Positions 40,352-49,880 of a stretch of DNA of 62,061 nt are shown here, one piece after another (the first letter of the stretch is position 1; each line of letters begins with the position of its first letter). The notes beneath the pieces are model-generated. The model had not been told where the DNA came from. It searched no databases and saw only the letters and a program-made list of their open reading frames with translations. The DNA is from a virus: the IMG/VR virus record IMGVR_UViG_3300021285_000001, one strand, 5' to 3'. A program made the translations under genes and the position numbers.

Positions 40352-41626
40352 TCAGCTTACTGTGTTTTCATCTACCCAGCCGTACACGTTCGAGCTGCCG
40401 CCGACGCCTGATTTGTAAACGCCGCCGATCAGCGCGTATTTGTGCTTGCCCTTCGGGTTGATGTTCTGGATCCACGCGGGTCCACCTGTCCGCAGTCCGC
40501 CTCTGGAGTTCGCGTCCATTGACGTGTAGTAGTGGTAACCTCCGGCGAATGTGCAGATGTCGCCGATTTTGTACTCCTTCTTTTTTGGCGCGGTCGCGGA
40601 GACCGGCTCATCCTTGACTGCTGTCGGGTCGTATTTCGCTATGCCCATTGACATAGTCCGGTTGCTCGCGTCGTGTTGAATTGATTTCACAAGCGCGTAG
40701 CCGGAATAAACACGCGAGGTCAGTTTGATTTTGTCGCCTTTCCGAATAAACGGGACGTCCGGCGCTTTCAGGTTGAGGGTTTCTTCCGGCTTTCCTTCTT
40801 CTTCGAGGATTTCCTTTGCGGCTGCGGTTGCGGTCGCCAGCGTGTCGTCATCGTCTCGGATGTAGATGCGCTGTCGTTTGCCGTATTCCGTCTTGCCGTT
40901 GATGACCGCCTCGACCTTCTGCCGCCCGTCGTCGTCTTCGGTTGCTACGACTTTGACCACCGTTACCATGTCGCCGGTGCTGATCTTGTATTTGGTCAGT
41001 TCGACGTTTTTCTCCTCCTCGAAGCAGTAGACGGTGGTGTTGTTCGCTTTCGGAACGACGGAAACCTTGCCTTTGTTCGCTCGGACGATGCACTCCCTTG
41101 CACCGTGCTTGTATGCTGTTTCCAGCAGTTCGAGAATGATGTCCGACAGGTATTCGTTCTTGAACGTGGTCTTTGCATTGGAGTTCGTCGGTCCCTCGTA
41201 TTTCTCGACCGGTATGCCCCAGTCGCTGAAAATGGAGGTTATTGCGGTTTTGGTGGAAACGCCCGCGCTTATGTATCGGTTATCCTGCGACGCCTGCAGG
41301 TCGTATAAGTCGTCGTAACCGCCCAGCTCTATGGAGTCCGTGCTTCCGCTGCGTGTCGGCGCCCAGTCCATAATCTTGCCCCGCGCCACTTCCTCTTTGG
41401 AGCTGCCGCTCTCTGCCGTGATTATGATCTGGCAGTTCGGCTTTGCGAGGCTTGATATGCGTTTGCCGCCGTGGAGAATGTTGGCGAGGGTAAGGGAGAC
41501 CCGCATGGCGAGTTCTCCCTCGTTTTCCTCCCAGCCCACATTTTGGGACACGTCCGTGATGTCGAGCTGCTCGCCGTTCTCTCGTAGGAGGTAGATTTTG
41601 TATGTGGTTTTGCTGATGTCTATCAT
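40352..41626 (-). CDS. XkdQ-like baseplate hub protein with a C-terminal SH3b-like module
   Basis: N-terminal YKIYLLRENGEQLDITDVSQNVGWEENEGELAMRVSLTLAN. C-terminal GDICTFAGGYHYY...SSNVYGWVDENTVS parallels the endolysin C-terminus. Confidence 0.7.
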   Translation of the reverse strand: MIDISKTTYKIYLLRENGEQLDITDVSQNVGWEENEGELAMRVSLTLANILHGGKRISSLAKPNCQIIITAESGSSKEEVARGKIMDWAPTRSGSTDSIELGGYDDLYDLQASQDNRYISAGVSTKTAITSIFSDWGIPVEKYEGPTNSNAKTTFKNEYLSDIILELLETAYKHGARECIVRANKGKVSVVPKANNTTVYCFEEEKNVELTKYKISTGDMVTVVKVVATEDDDGRQKVEAVINGKTEYGKRQRIYIRDDDDTLATATAAAKEILEEEGKPEETLNLKAPDVPFIRKGDKIKLTSRVYSGYALVKSIQHDASNRTMSMGIAKYDPTAVKDEPVSATAPKKKEYKIGDICTFAGGYHYYTSMDANSRGGLRTGGPAWIQNINPKGKHKYALIGGVYKSGVGGSSNVYGWVDENTVS

Positions 41627-41638
41627 GCGGCTTCCTCC

Positions 41639-42328
41639 TTACTTCGGCAGAACATACACCTGTCCGGCATAGATGAGATTCGGGTTGCTCCCGATCACCT
41701 TCTTGTTCAGGTTGTATATTTCCGTCCAGCGAGCGCCGGAGCCGAGCTGTGCCTTTGCAATGTTCCACAGGCAGTCGCCCTTTTTGACCGTGTAGGTTTC
41801 GGTCTGCTCCGACTTTGTGCTGGTGTCCGTCGTTTTGCTTGCTGGCCGCGAGCCGCTTGATATGTTGTTGCTGGTCTTCGCGCTCTGGGTCTGATTTGCT
41901 ACGGTCACCGTTTCCACTTTCACGTCCTTTGCTTCGATGAACGTGATCGAGTATTCGGCGTCGCCGCCTCCGCCCGTCCACGTGTAGTCGAAAGCGGAGA
42001 GGTAAACCTCGCTGTTCAGGTCGGTTTCGGTCAACATCAGAACGAGCCGCGTTCCGTTTTTACGCCACTTTTCGATGCAGTTGATCATCTCTTTTGGCGT
42101 GTGGTATAGGTGCTTCTTGATGAACGGCATATTTCTCATCGCCTTTCCGGGGAACGTTCCGCTCCACGAAAATTGGCGGAGTTTCTGGCCGCCTGGTATT
42201 TTGACTTCGCCTACGCTGATGAAGTTGTAGCTGATGAAGTTGCTCGTTGACTTCGCCTTCACCTTGTCGGGGAGCAGGCACCACGATAGCCTCCAGCCTG
42301 TGTCTTTTTCGGTCAGGTATAAGTCCAT
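41639..42328 (-). CDS. XkdP-like LysM-domain tail protein
   Basis: C-terminal LysM YTVKKGDCLWNIAKAQLGSGARWTEIYNLNKKVIGSNPNLIYAGQVYVLP. Confidence 0.8.
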   Translation of the reverse strand: MDLYLTEKDTGWRLSWCLLPDKVKAKSTSNFISYNFISVGEVKIPGGQKLRQFSWSGTFPGKAMRNMPFIKKHLYHTPKEMINCIEKWRKNGTRLVLMLTETDLNSEVYLSAFDYTWTGGGGDAEYSITFIEAKDVKVETVTVANQTQSAKTSNNISSGSRPASKTTDTSTKSEQTETYTVKKGDCLWNIAKAQLGSGARWTEIYNLNKKVIGSNPNLIYAGQVYVLPK

Positions 42329-42331
42329 GTG

Positions 42332-45300
42332 TTACGCCACTCCTTTCACCGGCATATTTGCGAAGACGCGGGCGAGCCGTTCTGCCAGTTCGTCTCCGAT
42401 GTCGTCCACCATCTCGCGGATGTGTGCCTTGATGAGTGCCACGAGGCTCTCTCCGTCAAAGCCAGCGTCTTTCGCTTGGATGATGAATTCGGGGTTTACT
42501 TCGACCTTGATCTCGACGTTGTTTCCTCCGCCTCCGGTCGCGGTCGCTGTACTTACGTCCGTGGTGTTGCCCACGATACCGCCGTCCTCGTAAGGCTGGA
42601 CGCCCAGAAGCTGTCCGGCGTTCATCCAAAGGTCAAGCCCTCGCGCTCTCTTGCTGGGTGACAGGGGGATGATGGCTTCCGCGCCGTCCTCGGCTACCAT
42701 CGCCATGTGCGGGCTGTTCATAATACCGCCCCATGCGTGTTTGCCGGTCGCGTCATTGTAGCCGGATGTGAACGCGCCTTTGATTCCGCTCCATAGGTTG
42801 CTGAACCAGTCGCCTATGCTGGAAAACCAGCCGGATATCGTACTGCCTATGCTGGAAAACCAGCCGGATATCGTACTGCCTATGCTGGAAATCCAGCGCG
42901 GTATGGTTTCTGTCACGAACGAAGTCACGCCGTTCCACAGTTGTGTGAAAAATCCGGGGATGGTCTCTGTGAAAAATGGCACGATATTGTTATTCCAGAC
43001 GCTGGTCACCCAGTTCGGCAGCGTCTCCGTGAAGAAGGTCACGATCCCGTTCCATAAGCCTTCAAAAAATGACGGTATGCTTTCGGTGAAAAACGGGACG
43101 ATATGATTGTTCCACGTGTCTGACGCCCATGTCGGGAGGGTGTCTGTGAAGAATGTTGATATTCCGTCCCACAGGTCTCCGAAAAATCCGGGGATCGTTT
43201 CTGTGAAGAAAATCTCTATTTTACCGCAGGCGTAACCGATGGCGTATGGGACGTCTTCGGTGAAGAAGTTCCCGATGCCTTCCCACATTTCGTCCCACTT
43301 TTCTGGGATCGTTTCCGTGAAAAAGGTCGATACCTTCTCCTTCAAGTTGCCCCACCATTGCGGTATGCTGTTGGTGAAGAAGTTTGAAATGCCGCCCCAC
43401 ATCTTGTTCCAGCCGTCCGGTATGGTCTTTGTGAAGAAGTTTCCGAGGTCTTCTGTGAAAAACTTCTTTGTGCTTTCCCATGCGTTGGACAGCCAGCCGC
43501 CTTCGTCCGTGCCGTCGCTGATGGCTTTTCCGGCAGAGTCTCCGCCCAGAAGTGCGCCGATACCACCGATTGCAAGTCCTATCAAAGCGCCAGCGCCTGC
43601 TCCGATGGGTCCGCCTGCAGCGCCGATTGCCGCGCCCGCGAGAGCGCCGCCTCCGGCTCCAAGACCGGCGATGCCGACCTTTGTGCCTGCGGTTACGTAT
43701 TCATCCTTTGCGGCTTTGCTGTCGCCTGCTTTATCCGCCTGTGTGCCTTGATATACGTCAATGCCGGAGGATATAAGCGTCAGGACGCCTGCAATGATGC
43801 CGCCGATTGCTCCTGCGCCGATTCCAGCCATTCCTGCGGCTGAAGACGCCGAGCCGCCGACTGCGCTGCCGACGCTTCCGAGCGCTCCGCCCAGTCCGCC
43901 TTCAACGGCGACGAGCGTTCCGTCTGCTCCGATAACGGACGATGTGCTTCCGAGTTGCAGAAGGCTTGACAGCCAGCTTCCCGCTGATGTCAGTCCTCCG
44001 GCTGCTGCGGCTCCGCCTGCGACCTCTCCGGTCAGGAGGGGTGTGCCGGATCCACCGCCCAGCAGAAGCTGTCCGCCAGATGTGAGAAGTTTTCCGCCTA
44101 TTGCGGCTCCTCCGAGCGACGGCAGGAGGTTTTTCAGGGCTGTGCCTATTCCGCTTCCGCCTCCGCTGCTTCTGGTCATGTCATTTACCGTTTTGCCGTA
44201 AACGTTCACGATGTTGCCGTTGACGGTTGCCGTAGTGCAGGTTGTTGTGAAGTCGCCGAGGCCGCCTCCGGTGCCTCCGTCTTTGCTTCCTTTTCCCTTG
44301 AACAGGCTTGTAAGGTCGTTTATTTTGCCCGCCAGTCCGGTGATAAGGTTGAAGCCCACGACGGCTCCGATTGCGATTACGACTTCCTTGTTGTTTTCTG
44401 CCCATTCCTTCAGGGCTTGGGTTATCTTTTCGGTGTCAAAACCTTTTTTGAAGCCCTCGATGAAGGCTCCGCCGACGCTGGTGCCGTCCTCTACGGTCTG
44501 ACTGATGTCAATTCCGAGGAGAGCGAGCAGTCCTGTGGTCAGTCCTGATCCGATGGCTTCACCGACATGGCTGGCTTTGTCTGCAAACCACGCCCTGCCG
44601 GTGCTGTCCCACCATTCGCCGAAAGGCTCCGCGATGATCTTGTTCCACGCGATTTTCACCTTGCCGAAAAAGTCCGCGTTTTTGAATTCGTCGCTGTCGA
44701 GTACCATACTCACGCGGTCGGCGAATTTCTCCACGGTTTCTATCGCTCCGTCTATCCACGTTTCGAGCGACGGGAGGATGTCCTCAAGCCACGAGCCTGC
44801 TTTGTCGGCTGCTCGTTCTACCAGCTTTGAAATGGCGGGCATTTTGGTGTTCAGCATTTTGAAGAAGCCGGTCACTCCGGGGGTCAGTTTGTTGCCGATC
44901 ATCTCACTGATGTCGCCCCATGAGTTTTTGAGACGCGCCATCTGTCCGGTCGGGGTGTTGCTCATGGCTTTCGCCATGCCGTCCCAGTTTTCTCGGATGA
45001 TGTCTTCGATGACGGCGACCTTCTCCATGTCGGTACCGCTTTTCAGGATTTCTTTCTGTGCGTCGGTAACCATGAAGCCCTTCTTCGTCATTGCGTCGTA
45101 GGCTCCGGTGGTCATCTTTGCGAGGTTGGTGGTGTAGTCCACGATTTGCTCTGTGGAAAGTTCCACGCCTCCTGACATACCCGCTGCGTAGTCCGCTACC
45201 ACGTCCATCATTCTGGTTATGGCTTCGGTCTCACTGAAGTATGTCGCCAGTTCTGCCGCCGCTCCGGTGAATGCGTCATCGGAGTACATGGTTGTCTTCT

Positions 45301-45784
45301 GGATGTTGTTTGCCTTGTCGAGGATTCTTTGAATTCCCGATTCGTCGATTCCCATGTTCTTGGCGGACACTCGGAGCTGCGTGGTCATTCGTGCGGCTTC
45401 TGCCGAAGCGTCCAGCGCGTTCTTGACCGTCAGCCCTCCGAGAATGGTTGAAACGGCGCTTGAAACGCCGAGTAGTTTTCCGAGGACGGAAATCATCGAC
45501 TTTACCGGCGCGGTCACTTTGTCGATTGCGCTGACGGTGAAGCTCCACGCCTTGCCTGCCACGCCTTTGACGGCTCCGCCGATTTTGCTGATGACGCCTG
45601 TCACCTTGTCGACGGCTTCGATGGCAACCTTCCACTTGGTCTTGTTCATTTCGTCAAGGCGTTTTTTGGTCTTCTCGTTTTGCTTATCGAACGCGGTCAT
45701 TTTTGCTTTTGCCGAGCTGACGCCGGGGTCGGTGTTATCCTTGACAGTTATGGGAATTTCAATCCTGAAGGTTTCCGCTGCCAT
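42332..45784 (-). CDS. Tape measure protein
   Basis: 1150 aa with helical N-terminal half, Gly/Ala-rich TM-like segments and FFTETIP..W repeats. Located after the chaperone frameshift pair. Confidence 0.9.
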   Translation of the reverse strand: MAAETFRIEIPITVKDNTDPGVSSAKAKMTAFDKQNEKTKKRLDEMNKTKWKVAIEAVDKVTGVISKIGGAVKGVAGKAWSFTVSAIDKVTAPVKSMISVLGKLLGVSSAVSTILGGLTVKNALDASAEAARMTTQLRVSAKNMGIDESGIQRILDKANNIQKTTMYSDDAFTGAAAELATYFSETEAITRMMDVVADYAAGMSGGVELSTEQIVDYTTNLAKMTTGAYDAMTKKGFMVTDAQKEILKSGTDMEKVAVIEDIIRENWDGMAKAMSNTPTGQMARLKNSWGDISEMIGNKLTPGVTGFFKMLNTKMPAISKLVERAADKAGSWLEDILPSLETWIDGAIETVEKFADRVSMVLDSDEFKNADFFGKVKIAWNKIIAEPFGEWWDSTGRAWFADKASHVGEAIGSGLTTGLLALLGIDISQTVEDGTSVGGAFIEGFKKGFDTEKITQALKEWAENNKEVVIAIGAVVGFNLITGLAGKINDLTSLFKGKGSKDGGTGGGLGDFTTTCTTATVNGNIVNVYGKTVNDMTRSSGGGSGIGTALKNLLPSLGGAAIGGKLLTSGGQLLLGGGSGTPLLTGEVAGGAAAAGGLTSAGSWLSSLLQLGSTSSVIGADGTLVAVEGGLGGALGSVGSAVGGSASSAAGMAGIGAGAIGGIIAGVLTLISSGIDVYQGTQADKAGDSKAAKDEYVTAGTKVGIAGLGAGGGALAGAAIGAAGGPIGAGAGALIGLAIGGIGALLGGDSAGKAISDGTDEGGWLSNAWESTKKFFTEDLGNFFTKTIPDGWNKMWGGISNFFTNSIPQWWGNLKEKVSTFFTETIPEKWDEMWEGIGNFFTEDVPYAIGYACGKIEIFFTETIPGFFGDLWDGISTFFTDTLPTWASDTWNNHIVPFFTESIPSFFEGLWNGIVTFFTETLPNWVTSVWNNNIVPFFTETIPGFFTQLWNGVTSFVTETIPRWISSIGSTISGWFSSIGSTISGWFSSIGDWFSNLWSGIKGAFTSGYNDATGKHAWGGIMNSPHMAMVAEDGAEAIIPLSPSKRARGLDLWMNAGQLLGVQPYEDGGIVGNTTDVSTATATGGGGNNVEIKVEVNPEFIIQAKDAGFDGESLVALIKAHIREMVDDIGDELAERLARVFANMPVKGVA
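42812..42891 (-). repeat. Perfect 33-bp tandem duplication (2.4 copies) in the tape measure gene
   Basis: gcctatgctggaaaaccagccggatatcgtact at 42812-42844 and 42845-42877, plus a 14-nt partial copy. Encodes SSIGSTISGWF x2. Confidence 0.9.
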
Positions 45785-45790
45785 GTATTA

Positions 45791-46467
45791 TCATTCCTCC
45801 TTCCTTCCTCGTATTTCGTTTTCCTCCTCCACTCGCAGGAGGGTGGAGGCAAACATAAAGGCTCGAACGCCGGGAGGCTTTGCCATGACCTCATCTGGGG
45901 GTATTCCTTGTCGCTGGAATATCTGATGCAGGATGGTGGCTTTGCCTCCGGCTTTTATTAGTTTTTTGCCACTTCCTCAAGGGTGGAGCTGTAGCCGCTG
46001 ATTTCGTCGAGTTTGTTCAGGACTGCGTCCTTCTCGCCGGGCTTCAGCACCTTGCCGATGAGTTCGTAACCGGTTACGACGTCGAGCTTCTTCCATGCTT
46101 CCTTGTTGTTCCAGATTTTCTCTCTGTCTTCGTCAATGGTCGCCTGGTAGATCAGGTCGCTGCGGTATGCGGCGGTGTCGGTGTCCTCCGGCACCTTGAT
46201 TCCGACCTGCTTGTTGCGGACGTAGCGGGTGTGCTTCTCGCGGCACTTCACGTATTCGTCCTCGGAAAGCGGGCGGATGTGGAATTTCAAGAGAACGGTG
46301 CCGTTACGGACGATCTCAATGGGGACGATTTCATCTTCGTCGTTCTTGAAGTTCGCCGCTGCGAGCAGTCCGCCCAGTATGTCGTTCTCGTAGGTACGCA
46401 TAGTGTTCTGCGTGGTTTCTTCGTCCATCTCGATTTCTTCGATGGTGTTCTTCTTGGTTTCAGCCAT
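45791..46467 (-). CDS. Tail assembly chaperone, -1 frameshift-extended product (G-T analogue)
   Basis: After A_AAA_AAC the -1 frame stays open for 56 codons (LIKAGGKATILHQIFQRQGIPPDEVMAKPPGVRAFMFASTLLRVEEENEIRGRKEE) and stops 6 nt before the TMP ATG. Confidence 0.6.
45958..46467 (-). CDS. Tail assembly chaperone (XkdN-like), zero-frame product
   Basis: Lies between the tube and tape measure genes; 169 aa, acidic N-terminus; ends at a slippery heptamer. Confidence 0.7.
   Translation of the reverse strand: MAETKKNTIEEIEMDEETTQNTMRTYENDILGGLLAAANFKNDEDEIVPIEIVRNGTVLLKFHIRPLSEDEYVKCREKHTRYVRNKQVGIKVPEDTDTAAYRSDLIYQATIDEDREKIWNNKEAWKKLDVVTGYELIGKVLKPGEKDAVLNKLDEISGYSSTLEEVAKN
45961..45967 (-). 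promoter_or_regulatory. -1 programmed ribosomal frameshift heptamer A_AAA_AAC
   Basis: Canonical X_XXY_YYZ heptamer in the correct phase, immediately before the chaperone stop codon. Confidence 0.6.
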
Positions 46468-46506
46468 TTTGGTCTGCCTCCTTATTTCATTTTTGGTGTT
46501 TTAGTT

Positions 46507-46541
46507 AAAAAAAGCCGAGGCGATCCGAAAACCGCCCCGGC
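46507..46541 (-). terminator. Intrinsic terminator/attenuator between the tube and chaperone genes
   Basis: Minus strand GCCGGGGCGG-uuuucgga-UCGCCUCGGC (10-bp stem with two G-U pairs) followed by U7. Confidence 0.55.
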
Positions 46542-46561
46542 TGCGGGGCTTCGCTTTCAGA

Positions 46562-47017
46562 TCAGGCGGTGAGAAGTTTCTGGAGTGCGGGCGGCTCGTT
46601 TACGGTGAAGCTCCACGCTCTCTTGATAAGGTCTCCCACGGTGAGATTCTGAAGGTCGATTGTGCCGGTCGGAATGCACGAGCGGTAATTCATGCGCTGC
46701 TCGCTGCCGTTCCTGCCCTTGACAAGCCCCTGAAAATTCCAGCACGGCATTTTGCCTTTCGCAAGCGCCGAGACGAATTCCTGAATGAATGCGTCGTCCT
46801 CGATTACGACCTGCGAGAACGTGAGGGTCACAGCGTAGGACTGCGCTGCCTCGTGTTCCTGCATATCGCCGAGCGGCTGGTATTTTGCGTTGGTTACGTT
46901 TACCTGTGCCTGAAAGCTCTCGACTGTCGCCAGCATCGTGCCAGCGTCGTTGTAGAGAGCGCCGTCTTTGCCCGTCAGCACTTTGCGGCTGTCAACGGGT
47001 CCTCTGGTGTTAAGCAT
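46562..47017 (-). CDS. Tail tube protein (XkdM-like)
   Basis: 151 aa, directly after the sheath gene; sequence of XkdM type (VLTGKDGALY...ESFQAQVNVTNAKYQPLG). Confidence 0.8.
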   Translation of the reverse strand: MLNTRGPVDSRKVLTGKDGALYNDAGTMLATVESFQAQVNVTNAKYQPLGDMQEHEAAQSYAVTLTFSQVVIEDDAFIQEFVSALAKGKMPCWNFQGLVKGRNGSEQRMNYRSCIPTGTIDLQNLTVGDLIKRAWSFTVNEPPALQKLLTA

Positions 47018-47034
47018 TTATTGTTCCTCCCTTC

Positions 47035-48459
47035 TTATTCTTCCGGTGCGAAGCGGAAGCGGTAGGTCAGGTAGAATTTCTCGATGCTGTCGATGTCGTC
47101 TACCGCAATGACAAACCACGCGCTGTCGCCCTTCGCCGGATTTGCTTCGTCCTCGGTCATCGTTCCGGCGCTGATCTTCTTTTCAGCAGCCATCGTGTCG
47201 AGGATGCCCTGTCCGGCAGCGACGATTGCGGCTCTGCCATCGGTGTCGTTGTTGACTTTGCCGACGAGAGTGTCTACCGTGTCGCCGACCCTCTGCATCA
47301 GCTCGAAGCGGGTCTTTACGCGGCGGATTTTCTTCCAGCCGTCGTCTTCGTCGCCGCTGGGGGTGATGAGAGTGTTGATGCCCTGCTCGATCCAAACCTG
47401 ACCGGCGCTGTTGGTTGTCAAAACGAGACAGCCGCTCTGGAGCGCCGCTTCGATCTGGGTGTTGGTGAGTGCTTCGGAAAGCGAAGCGTAGCCGCTTACT
47501 ACGTAATGCGTTACGCTCTGGTTTGCCGGAACAGCCGCGATGATGCCACCGATGCGGGCTGCGTTCTTCCAGCCCTCGATGGTGTTGCCCTCGTTGTCTT
47601 CCGCGCCGTTAAGGACGTAGATGATCTTGGCGTTGTTGAACGCTGCCGCCTGCGCCATTCTCACGGCGAGGGTGTTCGACACCGATTTGGAAACGGAGAG
47701 GACGGTCATCGGGTAAGTTCCCGCTGCGTAGATGCGGTTGATGAACGCTTCCACGACTGCGTGGATGGCGGTGTCTTCGCTGTCTACGCAGAAAACGTTG
47801 AACGCGTAAGGCTCCAGCGCTGCGAGGGCGGTGGAGTATGCCTCGGTGTTGACGGTCGGGTCTGTGCCTGCCGTGAACGCGCTCTGGGTGATGGTTGCGA
47901 GGGTGCCGTTGCCGTCAGCCACTTTGGTGGCGGTGAAGTTCTCGCTGGCCGCGAACGCTGCCACGAGAGCCGCTGCCTCGCCACCGGTCGCAGCCTTCTC
48001 GAAGGTGATCTTCTCGAATTCTGCGGTGCCGTCGTAGATGATGCACTCTCTCTTGCTGGTGTTCACGAGGCTGTCGCGGATGGTTGCCGTGAATGCTCTC
48101 GTTCCCACGTATTTCGCCGTAATGGTTACGACGTTGACTGCTTCGGTCGCGCTGTCTTTCAGCGTGATGGTTGCGGCTGTGCCGCCCGTGCCTACGCGCA
48201 CGAAGTAGCCCCTTGTTGCTCCGCCGAGGAACATGGTGTCAATCAAGCCCTGCGTTTTGCCCGTGCCTGCGCCGAAAATCTTCTTGACGCTGGTGCTGGG
48301 GTCAAAAATAACAGCCTGATTGAGCGGTCCCCAGTTCGCCTGAATTACGCCGGCGATGATCCCGTTTCTCGCACCGGCAGCGACGATGCCTCCGCCGTTC
48401 TCGATGCGGTGATATTCACCGGGGCGGATTTTGGTTTCTCCCACTGTGAAAGTTCCCAT
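47035..48459 (-). CDS. Tail sheath protein (XkdK-like)
   Basis: 474 aa. N-terminus GEYHRIENGG...GIIAGVIQANWGP; synteny. Confidence 0.88.
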   Translation of the reverse strand: MGTFTVGETKIRPGEYHRIENGGGIVAAGARNGIIAGVIQANWGPLNQAVIFDPSTSVKKIFGAGTGKTQGLIDTMFLGGATRGYFVRVGTGGTAATITLKDSATEAVNVVTITAKYVGTRAFTATIRDSLVNTSKRECIIYDGTAEFEKITFEKAATGGEAAALVAAFAASENFTATKVADGNGTLATITQSAFTAGTDPTVNTEAYSTALAALEPYAFNVFCVDSEDTAIHAVVEAFINRIYAAGTYPMTVLSVSKSVSNTLAVRMAQAAAFNNAKIIYVLNGAEDNEGNTIEGWKNAARIGGIIAAVPANQSVTHYVVSGYASLSEALTNTQIEAALQSGCLVLTTNSAGQVWIEQGINTLITPSGDEDDGWKKIRRVKTRFELMQRVGDTVDTLVGKVNNDTDGRAAIVAAGQGILDTMAAEKKISAGTMTEDEANPAKGDSAWFVIAVDDIDSIEKFYLTYRFRFAPEE

Positions 48460-48462
48460 AGG

Positions 48463-48675
48463 TTAGTTGACCTCCTTTTTACGGAATGTTTCGATGATTT
48501 TGGTTGCTGCGCTTTTCGTGGTTTTGGTTACGCCTGCCACTCGCAGCGCGGCGGTTACGATGTCAGGCGACGCGCCGAACAGAGAGCCTGCGCTTGCCGC
48601 GAATTCCTCCACGGTGTATTCAGGCTCTGCCGGAATTTCCGGCACCGTCTCGGCGGCTCTCTTGGTGTTTGCCAT
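48463..48675 (-). CDS. Hypothetical small virion-module protein
   Basis: 70-aa ORF immediately upstream of the sheath gene. Confidence 0.45.
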   Translation of the reverse strand: MANTKRAAETVPEIPAEPEYTVEEFAASAGSLFGASPDIVTAALRVAGVTKTTKSAATKIIETFRKKEVN

Positions 48676-48676
48676 G

Positions 48677-49564
48677 TTAATCGCCTCCTGTGTTTTTATG
48701 CTCCCTGTTTGCGTGAAGCAGGGGGTGTGAATAGGGCGCTCTCCTCAAAATGCCGAAACGTGCATAAATTCGGAGTTGCCCTGTTGAAAGTGCATCAAGA
48801 GTGTTGTCGGCTTTCAGGCTCTGCAGGAACATCGGGGATGTGTCCAGCATGATGACCTCTCCGGCGAGCGCCAGAATGTCCACGAGGCGTTTCAGCCATG
48901 TGGTTTCTTCTCCTCCTGCGAAAATGTGACAGGCTATGGTTGCGTCCATCCATGCCACGGTGTTCGTTTCCCTCTGCGTCTGGATCGTCTCCAGCCGGAA
49001 ATAAAACGCCGGTGTCTCCTGCGAAGGTGTGAATGTTCTCGCCGTTGGTTTCTTGCCTCCGATGATTTCCGCTTCCGGTATCGTCTGCTCGATGAAGTGA
49101 TTCATCGCCAGAACGGGGTCGGGGTCGGTGGAAATTTGGGAGGGGAAGGCGTACAGGTCAAACGTGAGGGTGATTCCGGTTATAATGCCGTCTGTTCCTT
49201 CTCGCGCTTCCGTGAATACGTCGCTCCTTGCCCACGCCATGCTGTATGGCGGTGCGCCGTCCGGTGTGATGAAAATACCGCAGAGGAGCTGTCGCACGGT
49301 CGGCTCCAGTTCCTCTGGCGGCGTTCCGTCTTCGGTACTCATGATGTTGAGGGTGAGGACGCCGCTGGTTTTGCGCTCTGGGTTGCTGACATAGTCCACG
49401 ATGTAGTCAATTCGCGGGTATTGCTTCCGCTGATTCCAGCCGGTCGCGGTGTCGTCCGGTGCCGTCTGGTAAAATACAGCGGGGGCTTTGCCGAATTTCG
49501 CCAGAGTGCTTTTCAGGGTGTTGTCTTCGGTCAGTCGGCTGTAGATGATGTCTTCAAGGGTCAT
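48677..49564 (-). CDS. Putative tail completion/terminator protein
   Basis: Assigned by position between the head-tail joining genes and the sheath gene. N-terminus resembles DUF3168-type proteins. Confidence 0.4.
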   Translation of the reverse strand: MTLEDIIYSRLTEDNTLKSTLAKFGKAPAVFYQTAPDDTATGWNQRKQYPRIDYIVDYVSNPERKTSGVLTLNIMSTEDGTPPEELEPTVRQLLCGIFITPDGAPPYSMAWARSDVFTEAREGTDGIITGITLTFDLYAFPSQISTDPDPVLAMNHFIEQTIPEAEIIGGKKPTARTFTPSQETPAFYFRLETIQTQRETNTVAWMDATIACHIFAGGEETTWLKRLVDILALAGEVIMLDTSPMFLQSLKADNTLDALSTGQLRIYARFGILRRAPYSHPLLHANREHKNTGGD

Positions 49565-49866
49565 TGTTCATCGCCTTCTTCCTCCGGGTCGGGATCCGGC
49601 TCTGGGTCGTATTCCGTCTCGGTCAGGTCTGCGCTCCACGAAAGCGTCCACAGTCCGTCCTTGATTTCTTCGGCGGTGATGGTGAAGTAGTTCGTTACGT
49701 TCCCGCCATCGCCTATGTAAAGGACGCGGATTTCGTCGGTGGTTACCCTTGCGACGATTCCGTTGTGTGCTTTCTTCCATGCGGCGTATTTGGCTCTGAT
49801 GAAGTCGCCCTTTGCGATCTTCTGCGTGTCGATTGCCGTTACGGTGCTGGTTGTGAGTATTGACAT
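49561..49866 (-). CDS. Hypothetical head-tail module protein
   Basis: Start MSILTTST with a GAGGAGG RBS. Confidence 0.45.
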   Translation of the reverse strand: MSILTTSTVTAIDTQKIAKGDFIRAKYAAWKKAHNGIVARVTTDEIRVLYIGDGGNVTNYFTITAEEIKDGLWTLSWSADLTETEYDPEPDPDPEEEGDEQ

Positions 49867-49880
49867 TGGCGTTCCTCCTC

